Origin: Podarcis liolepis
Lineage: Eukaryota
Strand: one strand, 5' to 3'
DNA: 64,000 nucleotides
Assembly: GCA_965112155.1 (NCBI GenBank)
Contig: OZ218103.1
The notes beneath the pieces are model-generated. The model was not told the origin of the DNA, made no database searches, and was given only the letters and a program-made list of their open reading frames with translations. The translations under genes were made by a program, and so were the position numbers. Shown one piece after another: positions 13,698 through 26,944 of the stretch. Numbering within the stretch: the first letter of the stretch is position 1; every line of letters begins with the position of its first letter.

Positions 13698-15345
13698 GTC
13701 TATATGCACCTCCCAAATGACTGTCCACCAGCAGCCATCTGACAGTCAGGGAGCCTAAGGTTGGAGCATGCAGTTATGGTGGGCATAAATATGCCAAGGT
13801 TGGGAGGGGGAGAAAAACAACAATTATCATCACTTATGATGATAGATCGTAATTCTTTAGATCCTAAAGGCATAAGATTCCCTCTTCTCATGCAGGCACT
13901 ATAGCTAACATAAGGAAGGGTTGTGCCCTCCCAACCTATTTTTATTTTGTCTTTCCATATCTATTAAAAAGTACTAATTGGCAGACGTGCCTTAATACAC
14001 ACAGGGAGAGGATATTGGACCTCCTGCCCTTTAGCTTGCGGTGTATTTTTGGATACTTTTGACACACAGTCACTGACAAAAGCTTCAAGGGCGTACTCAA
14101 TTGATCTAAACTTTATTCATGAACGGTGCTAACTGCAATAGCCACACTCTTGTTTCTGAGCATGTAGACAGTCTGTCTCCCCTTAAGCAGCAGTGTGAGC
14201 ATTTATAGAAAGTATTAATTTTGAGGATTTGTATACTGAATTATTTTACTTTTTGTGTTTAATGTCAGTTGGAGTGCTGTAAGAGTCTGTCTTGTCTTCT
14301 GAAATGATATAACCAAGTATCAAATCCATATTTTATCATTCTTTAACATGGGATTTAAAATCTCGCTCCAAAGTGCAATGTAGTTTTTTACCCGGAATAA
14401 TAAAATTGCATCCTTTAAAAATGTTTTTGTATACTAAACATGCAATAAAACATGCATATATTTTTCCCCCAGGCAATAGTAATATCACTAGTTCTCATGA
14501 CCATTGTATTATAGACTAAACAAGAATAATTTTTCTTACACTAAATGGGTTGGTTGTTATTTTATTAAATTTCTGTGTGTGCATAAATGCTGGGTGGGGA
14601 ATCCATGGCCTTCCAGATGTTGCTAAACTACAACTCCCATGAGCCCCAGTTAACATGACCATTGACCCGAGATGATGGGAGTTGTAGTTCAGCAACATCT
14701 GGAGGACGGTGTGTTCAGTATCCCCTGCTGCAGAACCAACATTAGTAGAAGCCATGTAGCTGTTGGAAGAACAATCACACTTGTTGTCCGTGTAGAGCTG
14801 GCTTCTTTGTTGGCAGTGGGAAAGTTACTGCATAGTATGGATTATATATTTGCGCAGAAATAGCATGGGTAGTGACAAAGCTACCTGATAACTTCGCAGC
14901 TATCTAGAATTGTTTGGGGAAGGACATTGATTTTATCAGGTATTCAAGGTATATACACCATTGAGAAACTAACCTAAATAATGTGATTATTGGTGTGTGG
15001 AGTGGTACAAAAGGTATACTTAAAACAGAGAAGGGCTGGTTGTGCAGTGAAAATGTGGAGAGTGAAATCTCCCCCACTCCTTGTACTTGGAACCTTTGAC
15101 ACACGTCCGTGTTCAGGGCAATCAGTTAAATAGTCTCCCTTCTCCTCTTACCTGTCACTGAGAGCCAGAGTGCTGTACTGGCTAGAGTGTTGAACTTGGA
15201 ACAGGAGGACATGGGATCAAATTCTACTCAACTGCAAAGCACACTAGGTCTCCATGCCCTGCCCCTTCTTCCCCTGACCTGTAACATGTTGAGTGCAAAG
15301 CTCTGCATCTTCAGCTCAACATGACTGGAATCCTCCTTCAAACCT

Positions 15346-15346
<1 letters not shown>

Positions 15347-15389
<43 letters not shown>

Positions 15390-15690
15390 CTTTTATCTAT
15401 ATCCCAGCCGAAGCCGGGCTCAGAGCGGCTAACAACAGTAAAATAATACAGCATTATAAAACCAATTCATTATAAAATCAGTTCAAATCAAATTGATGGC
15501 AACCATTGGGCTAGAGTTCTGTGAATTACCAAAGGAGGGGGTCAGGCTGTGCCTTGGCCAAAGGCCTGGTGGAACAGCTCTGTCTTGCAGGCTCTGTGGA
15601 AAGATGTCAAATCCAGCAGGGCCCTAGTCTCTTGTGACAGAGCGTTCCACCAGATCGGAGCCACATCCGAAAAAGCCCCGGCCCTGGTTG
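15347..15690 (-). mobile_element. L2-type LINE 3' end with (TTA)n tail
   Basis: Minus-strand translation RAGAFSDVAPIWWNAL...FHRACKTELFHQAF. (taa)14 at 15347-15388. Confidence 0.7.
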
Positions 15691-16900
15691 TACGCTGAAT
15701 GTGCAAAGGCCAGGAAGGAGGGTGGGACTGGCATAAATGGGAGACCTGGGGGTGGAACCAGAATGTGCCCCTTCTACAAAATGTGAGCCCTTACACATTC
15801 AAAGAAGGCTTCTTCCCATACATATACCACCAGTAAAAACTCTCAAGGCAGGATTCCTTTAAAATAGTACCCTGGCAAAATAAACAAAAACTGGAAATCT
15901 CTATCCTATGTCCTGAAACACTCAGGACGACGGCCTCTTAGAGATTCAGAAGAACTCTAAGGCTTGAAGAAAATTCTGTTAAACATCTGGTAGTCATTTA
16001 ATGGTTAGGGCTGACTGATCTCTTTATATAGACCCTCAGCACTGAATTAATTTTGTCTGTCTTTACTGTTACACTTTATTTTATTCTTTCAGCTCCTGAG
16101 GGCTGAACATTGAACAATCACCTTCTTTAAAACAGATGTTATACAATTAGCATAGAATTGTAGCAGGTCCCATACATCAACTTAAAGGGCTGTCAGCTAA
16201 AGCTGTGTTAATGTGCATGCATAATGCATCTAATGGGGGAAGTGCTCCCCCCCCCCCAGTGAACAACTTCCTTACAAGATAGGCAAAAATCTGTGCCCTC
16301 TTGCTAAAGTACTTATTTCCCTTGTGCAGTAATACTCTATGCATTATTGAAAAGTTTTAAAGCAGTTGCTGGTGGTGGAGGAGGGGAGAAGACCTTACGT
16401 TGCAAATAATGACGATAATGAAATTCCACAAAGTCATGCTTCATTACTGTTTACAACTTTGGGGTGTCTTCTGTATGAGAGTACCCTGTAGAACCAGGAG
16501 GATTTAGAGCATGATCCACAATACTACTTTGCAGTGCTGATGTGATGAAACTCATTGCATCTCTGTGTTAACTAAGGCAAGCTTCAGACAAGGCTGCTAG
16601 ATATTATACAGCCCAGAAGCCATGCACTGGTACTGTATTGTTTCTGGTCTGAACTAATTGGAACAAGGCCAGGCACTGCTTAAAAGGAAACACCACCTCT
16701 CTCATTGGAGTCTAACAGTTTCAGCCACCAGCTTGTTTGGTGATGAAAGATTGCATTCATTCCCTGCCATCTAATCTAGTAATCCCTGGGATTTTGATCC
16801 AAGAAGAAGATTGGGAACACCAAATTGGGCAAACAAATTATGTGGATGTCCACTACTTGGTAGCAAAAGGCACAGCTGATTATTACTTGTGGTGGGAAGT

Positions 16901-17003
16901 GGGTTGAGCATGAGACTCAACCCACATTGGGCAAAAGATTCCTGCATTGCAGGGGGTTGGACTAGATGACCCATGTGATCTTTTCCAACTCTACAGTTCT
17001 GTG
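16901..17003 (+). mobile_element. Second tRNA-Lys/CR1-tail SINE, internally deleted
   Basis: gagcatgagactc...cccacattgggc-aaaagattcctgcattgcagggggttggactagatgacc...ttccaactctac. Confidence 0.7.
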
Positions 17004-17104
17004 AATCTCCATATATACAAAGACAGTGCTCAACATGGAGTCAAGTGAGATTTATTGTTGACGAAATGCTAATGAAAAATTGCTGCTGGTGATTCAGACT
17101 AGAG

Positions 17105-17265
17105 TGAGGGAGAGTGGATTTAAATCCCCACTCAAGCGTGGAGCTCACTTGAGGCCATTCGCTCTCACTTCCACGTGCCTCGCAGGATTGTGGGGATAAA
17201 TGGGTGGGTGGGAACCATGTGCGCTGCCTTGAGCTCTTTGGAGGAAAGGTGGGGTATAAAACTCT
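17105..17265 (+). mobile_element. MIR/CORE-like SINE relic
   Basis: aaatccccactca...cctcgcaggattgtggggataaa...gccttgagctctttggaggaaaggtgggg. Confidence 0.45.
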
Positions 17266-18050
17266 TTAAAATATACACCTCACGTGTCAAAACCCAAGGT
17301 GGAGAGGTGTGTCTTCAGCATTTGCCAAAAACTGTATAGTAAAGCTGTCAGATGCACCTCTGTGGAGGGAGTACCACAGTTTATGGGGCTGCCGCAAAGA
17401 ATGCTGTTTCACAGGCTACACACACCAGACATCTGAGAGCGGTGGAGCCATATTCAAGGAACAGACTTACAGTGAATGTTCACCCTTCTACAGCAAATGT
17501 GTAACTGTACATAATACTGCAAATTGTTTCCTTCCTGCTTCAAATACTTTATTCATTAATTTTTTAAAAAGGTTTAAACTCCCTTTTCTCACTCCATTGA
17601 AGTCAGGTAGAAGCACAGTGTTATCTGTATTTTGTGTATTTAAAGGTTTGTGAAGATGTTTCGTTACATAAAAAGTTTTGAGTTTCTGCAGTCCGAGGCT
17701 TGGGACATCCTTTAAGAGGAATCCTTCTCAAGATACGCTGTTTCTAGTTCTGGAGGGTTGGGGCAACTCTCCAGAACGGCATGGAAGTTGGTGCAGGGAA
17801 CAGCTGCAAGGAGAAAGGATTAATTATAATTACCTTTCACCAGAAATGGAAAGGCAACTCAGGATCTAAGCCAAAGTTTGTTTGTAGCCTTTGTCAGTAA
17901 ATTTAATGGGATTCAGAATTGTTACTCTTAAAGTGAAGCCCTTTTACTTTATTGCTCAGAAGAAGCAGAGTAAATTTCCCAGCACAGGCCCTTTGTTAAG
18001 CTCCAGGTTTTCCGCTGTTGCAAGCTCACTGCTTTTGTGTTTTTCTTCAG

Positions 18051-18209
18051 CTGAGAAACTGGACTGTTGAAGAACTTCAAAGAAGACTCGGGGCGCTTGA
18101 CCCCATGATGGAGCAGGAGATAGAAGAAGTTCGCCAAAGGTATCAGTCGAAACGGCAGCCAATTCTTGATGCCATTGAAGCAAAGAAGAGACGCCAGCAG
18201 AACTTCTGA
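18051..18209 (+). CDS. STK4: Terminal coding exon of serine/threonine kinase 4 (MST1), SARAH domain
   Basis: Acceptor gtgtttttcttcag ends at 18050. The exon encodes LRNWTVEELQRRLGALDPMMEQEIEEVRQRYQSKRQPILDAIEAKKRRQQNF*. The WTVE, MMEQEIEE, QSKRQP and DAIEAKK residues match MST1 rather than MST2. It is adjacent and convergent to KCNS1, as in human. Confidence 0.96.
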   Translation: MRNWTVEELQRRLGALDPMMEQEIEEVRQRYQSKRQPILDAIEAKKRRQQNF

Positions 18210-18299
18210 GGAAAGCCTGGCAGTAGAATAGATATCCATCATCCCTAACAATAAACTGCGTTTCTATGACTACTTTGTAGGTGGATTTCTGTTTTAAAT

Positions 18300-18690
18300 G
18301 GTCCGGTTTTCACGTGACACTAAGCCAAACCATAGCTTAGCATGAACAAATTCCCAGAGAGGAGATGGTGGCACCGAGCAAATGGTGGCTTTGTTCCTGC
18401 TCTGGTCAATCTGCTGGGCTGCACCGAGCAAAGCCATGATTTGGCTTAGTGTGTCCTCTGAACCCAGTCTTGTGATTTAGCTCTCACAGACAAACCACAT
18501 GCTGTAACCAAGGTTTGTCCTATGGTTTATGATTTGGAGAGAGCTAAGCCATGAGCTCAGGTTCAGAAGACACACTAAATCAAATCGCAGCTTAACTCAA
18601 TGCAGTGCAACAGCAACAGGACCAGGGAGGAGCAAAATCCCTGCTTTGTGTTAAGCCATGGCCTGGCCTAGCGTTGTGTGCAAACAATGG
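18300..18690. mobile_element. Cluster of palindromic MITE relics in the STK4 3' UTR
   Basis: acactaagccaaaccatagctt (18317-18338) pairs 20/22 with aagccatgatttggcttagtgt (18431-18452). A related unit lies at 18560-18690. Confidence 0.55.
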
Positions 18691-21600
18691 CAGTGTGTTA
18701 GCAAAGCAAAGCAAGCCAGTGGCTGCTTCCTCCATTTACTGTAGCACCTTTTCAAACTCAGGAATGCCATTATGTGGAGTCCTCATGAACAGATTATGCT
18801 TGTGTTTCAGTGTTAGATGTGTTCTGAATAGATCGCATGTTGCTTCAGAGAAGTCCTGTTACTTTTGGACCCTGTCTATATATTTTGGAGGAACAGTTGG
18901 AAACAGACTAAAAGAATGTTGGTGCTCAGATGGCCAGTCAGTCTCACAGGCCTGTTTTCTGCCTTGTGGGTTTATCCCATCCTGTGGTGTAAGGCTGCCT
19001 CATTGGTTCATGAAGAAAACAAAGTAGGTAAAATGCTGTCTTTTGTTGGATTCACTTAGGTTGGACTGCAAGGATGCAAACGTATGCTTCTTTTTGTGAA
19101 ACTCTTAAGTGCTTGTGAAACCAGAAACCTTGCACACTTGTCTGTGCGCCTAATTTGGCCCAATAAAAGATGCATAGCTTAACTTCCGTATCTCCTTTAT
19201 GCAGCAACCACTTTGTATTAAACTGCTCCCTCTTTAAACTTCCCCCTGTTACTGTTTAATGGTACTCTGGAAATAGGTTTTTAAAAGAAAAGTGATTCAG
19301 TGGCAAAAATATGCAACCTGCTCCAGCGTTTGAAAAGGAATATAAACTCTTTTTGTCCATTCCAAAAGCCTCTAAAAGTCCCATGCCTTACATTCCCCCT
19401 TTTAAAGCATTGAATTTCAGGCTTATATTTATATCCTTTCCACTGTGTACTTTATGAGTGAATGCTGATAACGTTTGAGTGATTTCTTGGTATTTTTAAA
19501 ATATATTAATGTGAAACCAACCCATCACTCAAGAAAACGTGAATCCTACTTTGTATTTCTTCAGAATTCCTTGCAGCAGAGGAATGTCAAAGTATTTGCA
19601 ACTCAGGAAATTAGGAACTCTCTTGAGATAATGAGAGGTTTGAAATATTTAAGGAATTGTGAATGTTTATGGGCTTTGCTATTTTGAGCTTAATTTGTTT
19701 GAGGCTTGCAATATTAGTTTTAAATTTTAAACTAGAATGTGTTTTTCTGTTTATTTGGAAAGGTTAAGGACGTCAGTTAAGATTAAAATAACAATCTGTT
19801 GTCTCAAAAGAATAATTTCAAAATGCCCTTTTACGAAAAGCTTGATGTGTCAAGCTTAATAAAAGCAATTTCATTCATTTCTAAGCAGCAGGACTCCTGC
19901 TAAAATAAAGTGTGTGAGAGTGTGTCTGATGCTCTGTGCAATTCTCACTCATTGCTGTTGGATTTGCACAGGAGAAATTTCTGATGGGATGTGCCTGTGG
20001 TTATTGGCCTCCCCAGGTTTCACAAGTATCAGAACACAATGACCAAGCTCTGTAAAAAGGCCTGTTGTTTCAGCATGTGAATGAAAGGAGCACAACAGTC
20101 TTCCAGTCCAGCAGCAGCCCCCCTGTACCTCATAAATTGCTCCTCAGAGGGTCCCATGACCTTCAGAGGGTGCATAGGAAGCGGGTAGCTAAAATGTCAC
20201 ATTTGTGGCTGGAAGGCGGCATGCCTGTTGCATCCTAGCCAGTCTCTACAGTTCTTGATGTTGCAGCGTAATAAACTGGAATAAAGGCAGAAATGTGCAG
20301 ATACACTTCCATTCTTGCTGCTCAGGGCCTGAAAATTTGTGACAGCCCGTGTGTAACTTCTGTTTTACTCTGATTGCAGCAGAGGATTAAACACTCTGGT
20401 ACTAACCTTTTAGGGTGGGTGTGGGGGAGAGATCATGACCTAGCCTCCAATCTCTCCTCTTCACTTATCCCAGCTCCACTCTGGCCGTTAATGCTGTACT
20501 CTCATCCCAGTTGCACCATAGGCCATGCATTCTTTTGCATGTGGTGAGTGTGACCTGAACCAAGTTTACGTTTCATGAGCTAGTGGGGAAGGGTGAAGTC
20601 ATCCAAGCCCTTCCTGCTGCTGAAGGAAGATTGTCATCATTGTAAGCAGAGCCCAAGCTCTTTTCAAAAATACAGGGAAGCATTGCTGTTAAGACCACCT
20701 GCTGAAGAGCAGTGGTTTAATTGCCAGTGTTTCTCTTTCTAATGACCTGGCCAAGGATATATTTGGCTTAGCCTAGATCAGAGGTGGGGAACCTCTGGCC
20801 CTCCACATGTTGTTGTTGTGACTCCCAACACGCAAGGACGCTGGGAGCCAATGCCCAGGGATGATGGGAGTTGTAGTCCAGTAGCAGCTGGAGGGCCACA
20901 GGTTCCCCATCACTGCCCTGGATGGAGATGCCCTAAAAAAGCTGAGCAGAAATTAGCAATCCGGTTGTACAAATTCAGTGACAGAAAGAGAAGTATTAAA
21001 ATAAACCAAAGTAATTATGTTCCCTGTAAAGCCATGCTGATCAGCTGCTGTTCAAGTATGTACAGTTTGCAACGCAAGCTAACCTTTTGAAATACTCGTT
21101 TTTGTTAATGGTTCTAGCAAATAGAAATCTGCCATGAAAGGCTAGAAAGCCAGTCATTTGCAATTTAACTATGGAGGTGCAAGCAAAGGGGTAAAGTGAG
21201 GGGATGCTACCTGCAGCAGAAATGAACTTTATTTACTGCGCAAGTAAATTTATTTTGCACCCCCTCCATCTACTGTTTCCTTGCTTTAAATGCAATTTTC
21301 AACTATGTGAATCAGGTGGGAGGACCTTTCTCAGTAACCCGTGAAGCCAGATGGCTGCTAAAGTGGGTGCCTTTTGCCTCTGGCTATGATGTCTACCCCA
21401 CAGTATTTCACATTCAGGTATTTAGGTGAGTAACTTGCTCTCACATAAAGGAGATGGTCCTTTAGCTGGGAATCTTTGCCTTTACAATATGTGCCATGGT
21501 AGCAGGGAAATACATGTGGTTGGGATGTCTTGTCTGCAACCAGCCAGACTCTTAATGAGTCTCCTAATGAAATATTACTATTTTTGTTGTGGAAGCAAGT

Positions 21601-22231
21601 GAATGAAAAAGCACAGCAGTCTCAGTAACGTAGTCCCACCCCCACCCCCCATCTAAAAGATATGAGAATGAATTGCTGGATTCCTGCTATTGTAGTTCAG
21701 CATCAGGAAGCCATCTTCAGTAAATTCAGCCTAATCAAAGACTCCGGCTCTCATTTTGAATTCTTCTGCAGGAATATACCACTTCATCTATCACCCAGAT
21801 TGTAATTTTAGGGACTTCTTCTGAAAGAATGCTGTCCAGAGCAAACAGTGTTTAAAGCAAGGTATTCCTATACTTATGAAATCTCATTCTCGTGGTTGAT
21901 GGGTCCATAAACACAGCTTGAAGCATTCCGGATAAGCTGCCATCTTTTCTTCCCACCGCCCTAAATCAAGTGTTTGGTTGTTGGTCTGTGAAAGACTTAA
22001 ATGTGAAGTTAGTCGCTTTAATGTTTTGTAATGAAGTTAGCACATCATACCCAATGTAACTTGAAATTTCTCTTTTGTAGAGATTTGTCTGATTTGTACA
22101 TATTAGAATGGATTGGAATCCTTAGTTTGTATATGTATGAAAGCAACTTTTTATTACATGTTCCTTTTGAGTATGAGACAGTTCTTTGTTTTGAGTTTTA
22201 AACACCTTGCCTTATTTGTTTAATAGGACAA

Positions 22232-22250
22232 AATAAACTGTTCCAATAAA
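22232..22250 (+). terminator. Tandem AATAAA, likely the distal STK4 polyadenylation signal
   Basis: aataaactgttccaataaa, preceded by UGUA elements and followed by T/GT-rich sequence. Confidence 0.5.
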
Positions 22251-22750
22251 AAAAGTTTGGTTTTTATGGTTTAAAAAATACTGATGTGACCTAAGTATAT
22301 GATAACTGCTGTTTCTGTGGAACAGAATCTACTGGATGATATTGGGATGATTTGCAGTACATTAGTAGAGTTTGTTGATTCTCAGTTTTTAATGATAGGA
22401 GCAAGAGCAACAAAATTGATCTACTGAAATGAAGAAAGCTTGGAATGACTAGGGGTGAATGTTTTTGTGAAAGGACTGTGAGTTCCAATTAGTTTTAGTA
22501 CTGAAAACAAAATTCCTCAGTTCACGATAGTTTAAGGCTAAAGGTGTGTTTTTTGCACTAGTTTCTAGTTGGTAGATCCCAGAGTTCTAATTTTTTTAAC
22601 AAAGGAGATCTTGCAAGCCTTAAGTCTAATACAGTACCACCTAGTGACTAAAATGTGACACTAGCCATACAATATGTGTGCCTACTCAGAAGTAAGTCTC
22701 ACTGAGTGCAGTGAGGCATACTTGCAGGTAAGTGTGTATCGAAATCTAGA

Positions 22751-22968
22751 CAGTCGTACCTTGGATCCTGAATGCTGTAAACCCGGAAGTGAGTGTTCCG
22801 GTCTGCAAACGTTCTTTGGAACCCGAACGTCTGATGTGGCTTATTCGGCTTCCGATTGGCTGCAGGAGCTTCCTGCAGCCAATTTGAAGCCGTGCCTTGG
22901 TTTCTGAATGTTTTGGAAGTTGAATGGACTTCCAGAACGGATTCCGTTTGACTTCTGAGGTACCGGTG
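22751..22968. mobile_element. Tc1/mariner (Tigger-like) MITE, degenerate
   Basis: cagtcgtacct...aggtaccggtg|ta. Internal hairpin attggctgcagga-gct-tcctgcagccaat. Confidence 0.65.
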
Positions 22969-23723
22969 TATCTTGGTCCATGTGCATTACCTTAACTTCT
23001 TAATGGAAGGCTCATTTTTGTTCCGGGAGGATGGATTCAAAGACTGCAAGAAGGCATTCCAGCTCTTTCCCATTTGACTTTATTGCAGCTGGTTTGCAAG
23101 GAGCAATTCAAGGACACTGTCAGTCAGCATCTGAGCAGCCAGCCAGCAACTAAATACCTCCAAAGAAAAACTGGGAAGAGAGAGAGGCAGGCTTGCATGC
23201 TCTGGTGTGGCAGGATGTGAATGAGAGCAAAGCATTTCTAGACCAAACATATCTCCGAAACAGCCTCCAGCTTCAACTGTGCTTTGCTGAACAAAAAGAC
23301 CTGCAGGCATTTGAAGATTGCTCTGTGCAAACTATGAACTGAATTGGATTGGGTTGTAGCAATCCGCAAAATTGGCAGGCATTAGCCATATGAATAGGGA
23401 GACCATGCATACAGAGGGCAGTCTTCTATTTGAAGGGCTTTCAGAGGAAAGACATCTCCATGAAGACATCTTATGGTTGAAATGTTGCCCATTTCAAGGC
23501 TGGTTCAAAGATAAAGAACTCTTTAAGAAGAAAGAGCAGCAGGCTAGGCAGGATTGAGGTGTTTGGGAGTTGTGGTGCAATTCCCCAAATAGGGTCCCCT
23601 TCTCCCAGAAACGGAACACATGGAATAAGGTATCACAAAATAAGTAATGTGGTATTTTATTTTTTAAAAAAGTTATGGCATAAGCTTTTGTGGACCAACA
23701 AAAAAATTATTGAGCCTGTAGAG

Positions 23724-23859
23724 CAGGCATGGCCAAACATGGCCTTCCAGCTGTTTTGGGACTACAGCTCCCATCATTCCTAGCTAACAGGACCTGTGGT
23801 CACAGATTATGGGAATTGTAGTCCCAAAACAGCTGGAAGGCCAAGTTTGGCCATGCCTG
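23724..23859. mobile_element. Palindromic hAT MITE (related copies 1348-1474, 14590-14727, 20779-20918, 25911-26047, 33610-33755, 36540-36660)
   Basis: Near-perfect 136-bp palindrome caggcatggccaaac...gtttggccatgcctg. 8-bp TSD ctgtagag. Confidence 0.85.
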
Positions 23860-24469
23860 CTGTAGAGGCTCAAAAAACTTTTTGCCAAACTTGATTTAAA
23901 AAACCTCTTGAGCATGTGTAGTTTCACATTTTTAAATCACTTTCACTTAAGCCATTGTTTTTGCTCACTTCATCCCTTGGGCCAGTCACCAACTCTCAGC
24001 CTGGCCTACTGCACATAGCTGTTGTGGAGATATATAAGAAAGTATAAAATTTCTGCAAAGAGAGCAATTTGTACTTGTAGGCATCAACTTTTTGTTCCTT
24101 GAACCAGAGTGTTGCATTTTTGTACTATTAACGCCATGTTTTTCTGTTCCCTCCTGCCCAAATTAGCACAGCTAATTGGCTTCAACCAATCTTAATCTGG
24201 CCTGATTATTGCACATTCTAGATGCATAAATCCTCCTAGTGTTTGATGGTGCTTGCTGCCAAAGTAGTGTGTACAGAGGATTGATTCCTAAGGAGCTGTT
24301 TTAGACCAGTAACCACTGGGAATGGAAGGCTAAGGAAAGCAGGGTGTTTTGTTTTCATTTCCCCAAGTCGCACCTCTCACCAGTCCTGTGCCCACCTTGA
24401 ATGCTTTTGCCTGGCTGGAGGAGACATGCATGCTCCTCTGTCTTTTGTGTGGCAGTATTGTAGCTTACT

Positions 24470-24939
24470 TGCCAACAAAGGTCCGTATAGCTAAAGCTAT
24501 GTTTTTCCCAGTAGTGATGTATGGAAGTGAGAGCTGGACCATAAAGAAGGCTGATCGCCAAAGAATTGATGCTTTTGAATTATGGTGCTGGAGGGAGACT
24601 CTTGAGAGTCCCATGGACTACAAGAAGATCAAACCTATCCATTCTTAAGGAAATCAGCCCTGAGTGCTCACTGGAAGGACAGATCCTGAAGCCGAGGCTC
24701 CAATACTTTGGCCACCTCATGAGAAGAGAAGACTCCCTGGAAAAGACCCTGATGTTGGGAAAGATGGAGGGCACAAGGAGAAGGGGACGACAGAGAACGA
24801 GATGGTTGGACAGTGTTCTTGAAGCTACCAGCATGAGTTTGATCAAACTGCAGGAGGCAGTGGAAGACAGGAGTGCCTGGCGTGCTCTGGTCCAGGGGGT
24901 CACGAAGAGCTGGATATGACTAAACGACTAAACAACAAC
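24470..24939 (+). mobile_element. Bov-B LINE 3' fragment
   Basis: Encodes PTKVRIAKAMFFPVVMYGSESWTIKKAD through the C-terminus, with a frameshift. TSD attgtagc(t/c)tact at 24457-24469 and 24940-24952. Confidence 0.92.
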
Positions 24940-26115
24940 ATTGTAGCCTACTATACAAAGTTAAGAGTCACATCTGTTGCTGCAAACCCTTTTTGCCTCT
25001 GACCCCACCTACCACTGGCATGCATGGAAGGTTTTCTGATGAGGGAATGAGAACTGAAAAATACCCTCTCTCCCTGAGCTAGTTTTGCTTTTTTAAAGCC
25101 CACAGCAATTGTGCAGATCAATGCTTAATACGTTATTGAAAATAGAGCCAGCCAACTACCATTTGGCTTGACCAGACTGCAATTCATTCTCCTATACATC
25201 TCTGGCTTCTGTACAAGTGCATGGCAGGGGAAAGGGACAGCAAAAGAAATGACAAGAAGCCCTGTGTCTTACCAACCCAGTGGTTCTTACTGGAGCAGAG
25301 GAGTCTTGCTTTTAAGGGTCTCTGAAAAGAGCTCTGCCTTTCTGGAACTCCGCTTGGTTTTACAGTGCAAAGCCTTAACGCAGCACCGTGGTTCTGTATT
25401 AAAAGTGCAGCGGCCAGAATTGCAGCTTCTGTGACTGGAAGACGGCGTGCTAATGGATCTTTAGAAAGACAATAATGTAAAATGTATGAAACACCTGCCC
25501 GCGCAGTGGCATCAAGGCTTTGGAGTGAAGCATATATTCTCCTTGTGGCAAGAGGGACCCAGGGCACTTAAAAGAGTGTGGAATTAAAGTTTAGAACAAG
25601 GTTCTAAATAAAAACACAAGGTGGCAGGCAGGGAATCCTTAAAGTAGGGATGCAGAAGCTCTACAGATGCAGCTGGACTGCAGTTCCCATCATTCCTGAT
25701 CGATGGCCATGCTACATGGGTGTGATGGGAGCAGGCTTAACAGCTTCTGGAGGAACCATCCCTGGCTTTAAAGCATGTCTCCCTTAAGAGTTGACCTTAA
25801 GCCAGGAGTGAGTAGAGGCTGATCTAGAGCTTCTAGACAGAAAACATTTCAGAATCAGCCTAGGCTCATCCAGCTGTTGTCTGCAGGATTCAGTTTGCAT
25901 CTTTCAGCACAAGGTTTCCCAAACTTGGGTCTCCAGGTGTTTTTAGGACTACAGCTCCCATCATCCCTAGCTATCAGGACCAGTGATCAGGAATGATGGG
26001 AACTGTAGTCTGAAAAACAGCAGGAGAACTAAGTTTGGGAAACCCTGTGATCTTTGGATGAAGGGCGGTCTGCAAATTTAATTAATTATATGCCATTTCT
26101 ATGCTCGTTTCCCTC

Positions 26116-26117
<2 letters not shown>

Positions 26118-26150
<33 letters not shown>
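26118..26150. repeat. (CA)n microsatellite
   Basis: Directly visible. Confidence 0.95.
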
Positions 26151-26154
<4 letters not shown>

Positions 26155-26944
26155 TTGCTTAGAGAACTTAAATGCAAAATTCCAATTTTGAAGGGTGGTT
26201 GTGTTTCTATTCTTCTATTGTTCCAGAAAGTACACATTTGATAGATTTTCCTTTAAATGCAAACTGAATCAAATCTCTCCTCCACCCCTGGTCCTCCCTC
26301 TCACATGGATATATGAAGATGCCTTATTGACAAAAAGTGAGAGTTTTAATGGAGAAAAGTCAGTATTGCAGGAGATATGCCAGCTTCCACATTTAATAAG
26401 CACAGGGGGTGGGGTGGGGGAATTTCACTTTCAAGAAATCAGTTCCTCTAACCAGAGGCATTTTCTGTTCCTTTGACAGTTTCTTGGTAGGAAGTTACTT
26501 GTATCGTGCTTTGCAGAGCCCCTGTAGGGGATAAAGGATAGACTGGCATTGATGATTGAATCTCCTCTGTCAAGTTAGAATCTCCTGGACCTATGGATTT
26601 TAATTCCCACAATGCCTGAAAGGCATCCATTTTTAATAACGGCAAAGAAACCGGTGCCAGAAGGGATATATTTCTTATTTGTGTTTATTAGTATTGAGAC
26701 TTTCATGACAGATGCTGAAATTGCATTCCATTTAATATCAAGAGGAGGAATGTTCTGTAACTTAAAAGAGAGCACCTTCCTTTGAGGTGATCAGCAGAAA
26801 GTGAGCTCATTCATCTACCAAATATGAGTTTCACTGAGGGTAGTCAGCTTCTGTTCTCTTCCTCATGCCTACAAAAGATACCAACACTGGGTTGCCAACT
26901 TTTCAAACTGCCCCTGCAGCTATGCTTTTGGAGGTGGTTTGATC

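Larger units (their letters stand above)
1..18050 (+). other. STK4: Distal part (>18 kb) of the STK4 last intron
   Basis: No other STK4-like coding exon was recognised upstream in the window. The region is repeat-rich and ends in the acceptor at 18050. Confidence 0.75.
18210..22270 (+). other. STK4: Probable STK4 3' UTR (~4 kb), with possible proximal poly(A) sites
   Basis: AT-rich sequence follows the stop codon. AATAAA occurs at 19162, 19858, 19904 and as a tandem pair at 22232/22245. UGUA motifs (tgtaac, tgtaca, tgtata) cluster upstream of the distal pair. Confidence 0.55.

Noticed and set aside
18051-18209. Assignment to STK3/MST2
   Set aside because: Diagnostic residues and KCNS1 adjacency favour STK4.
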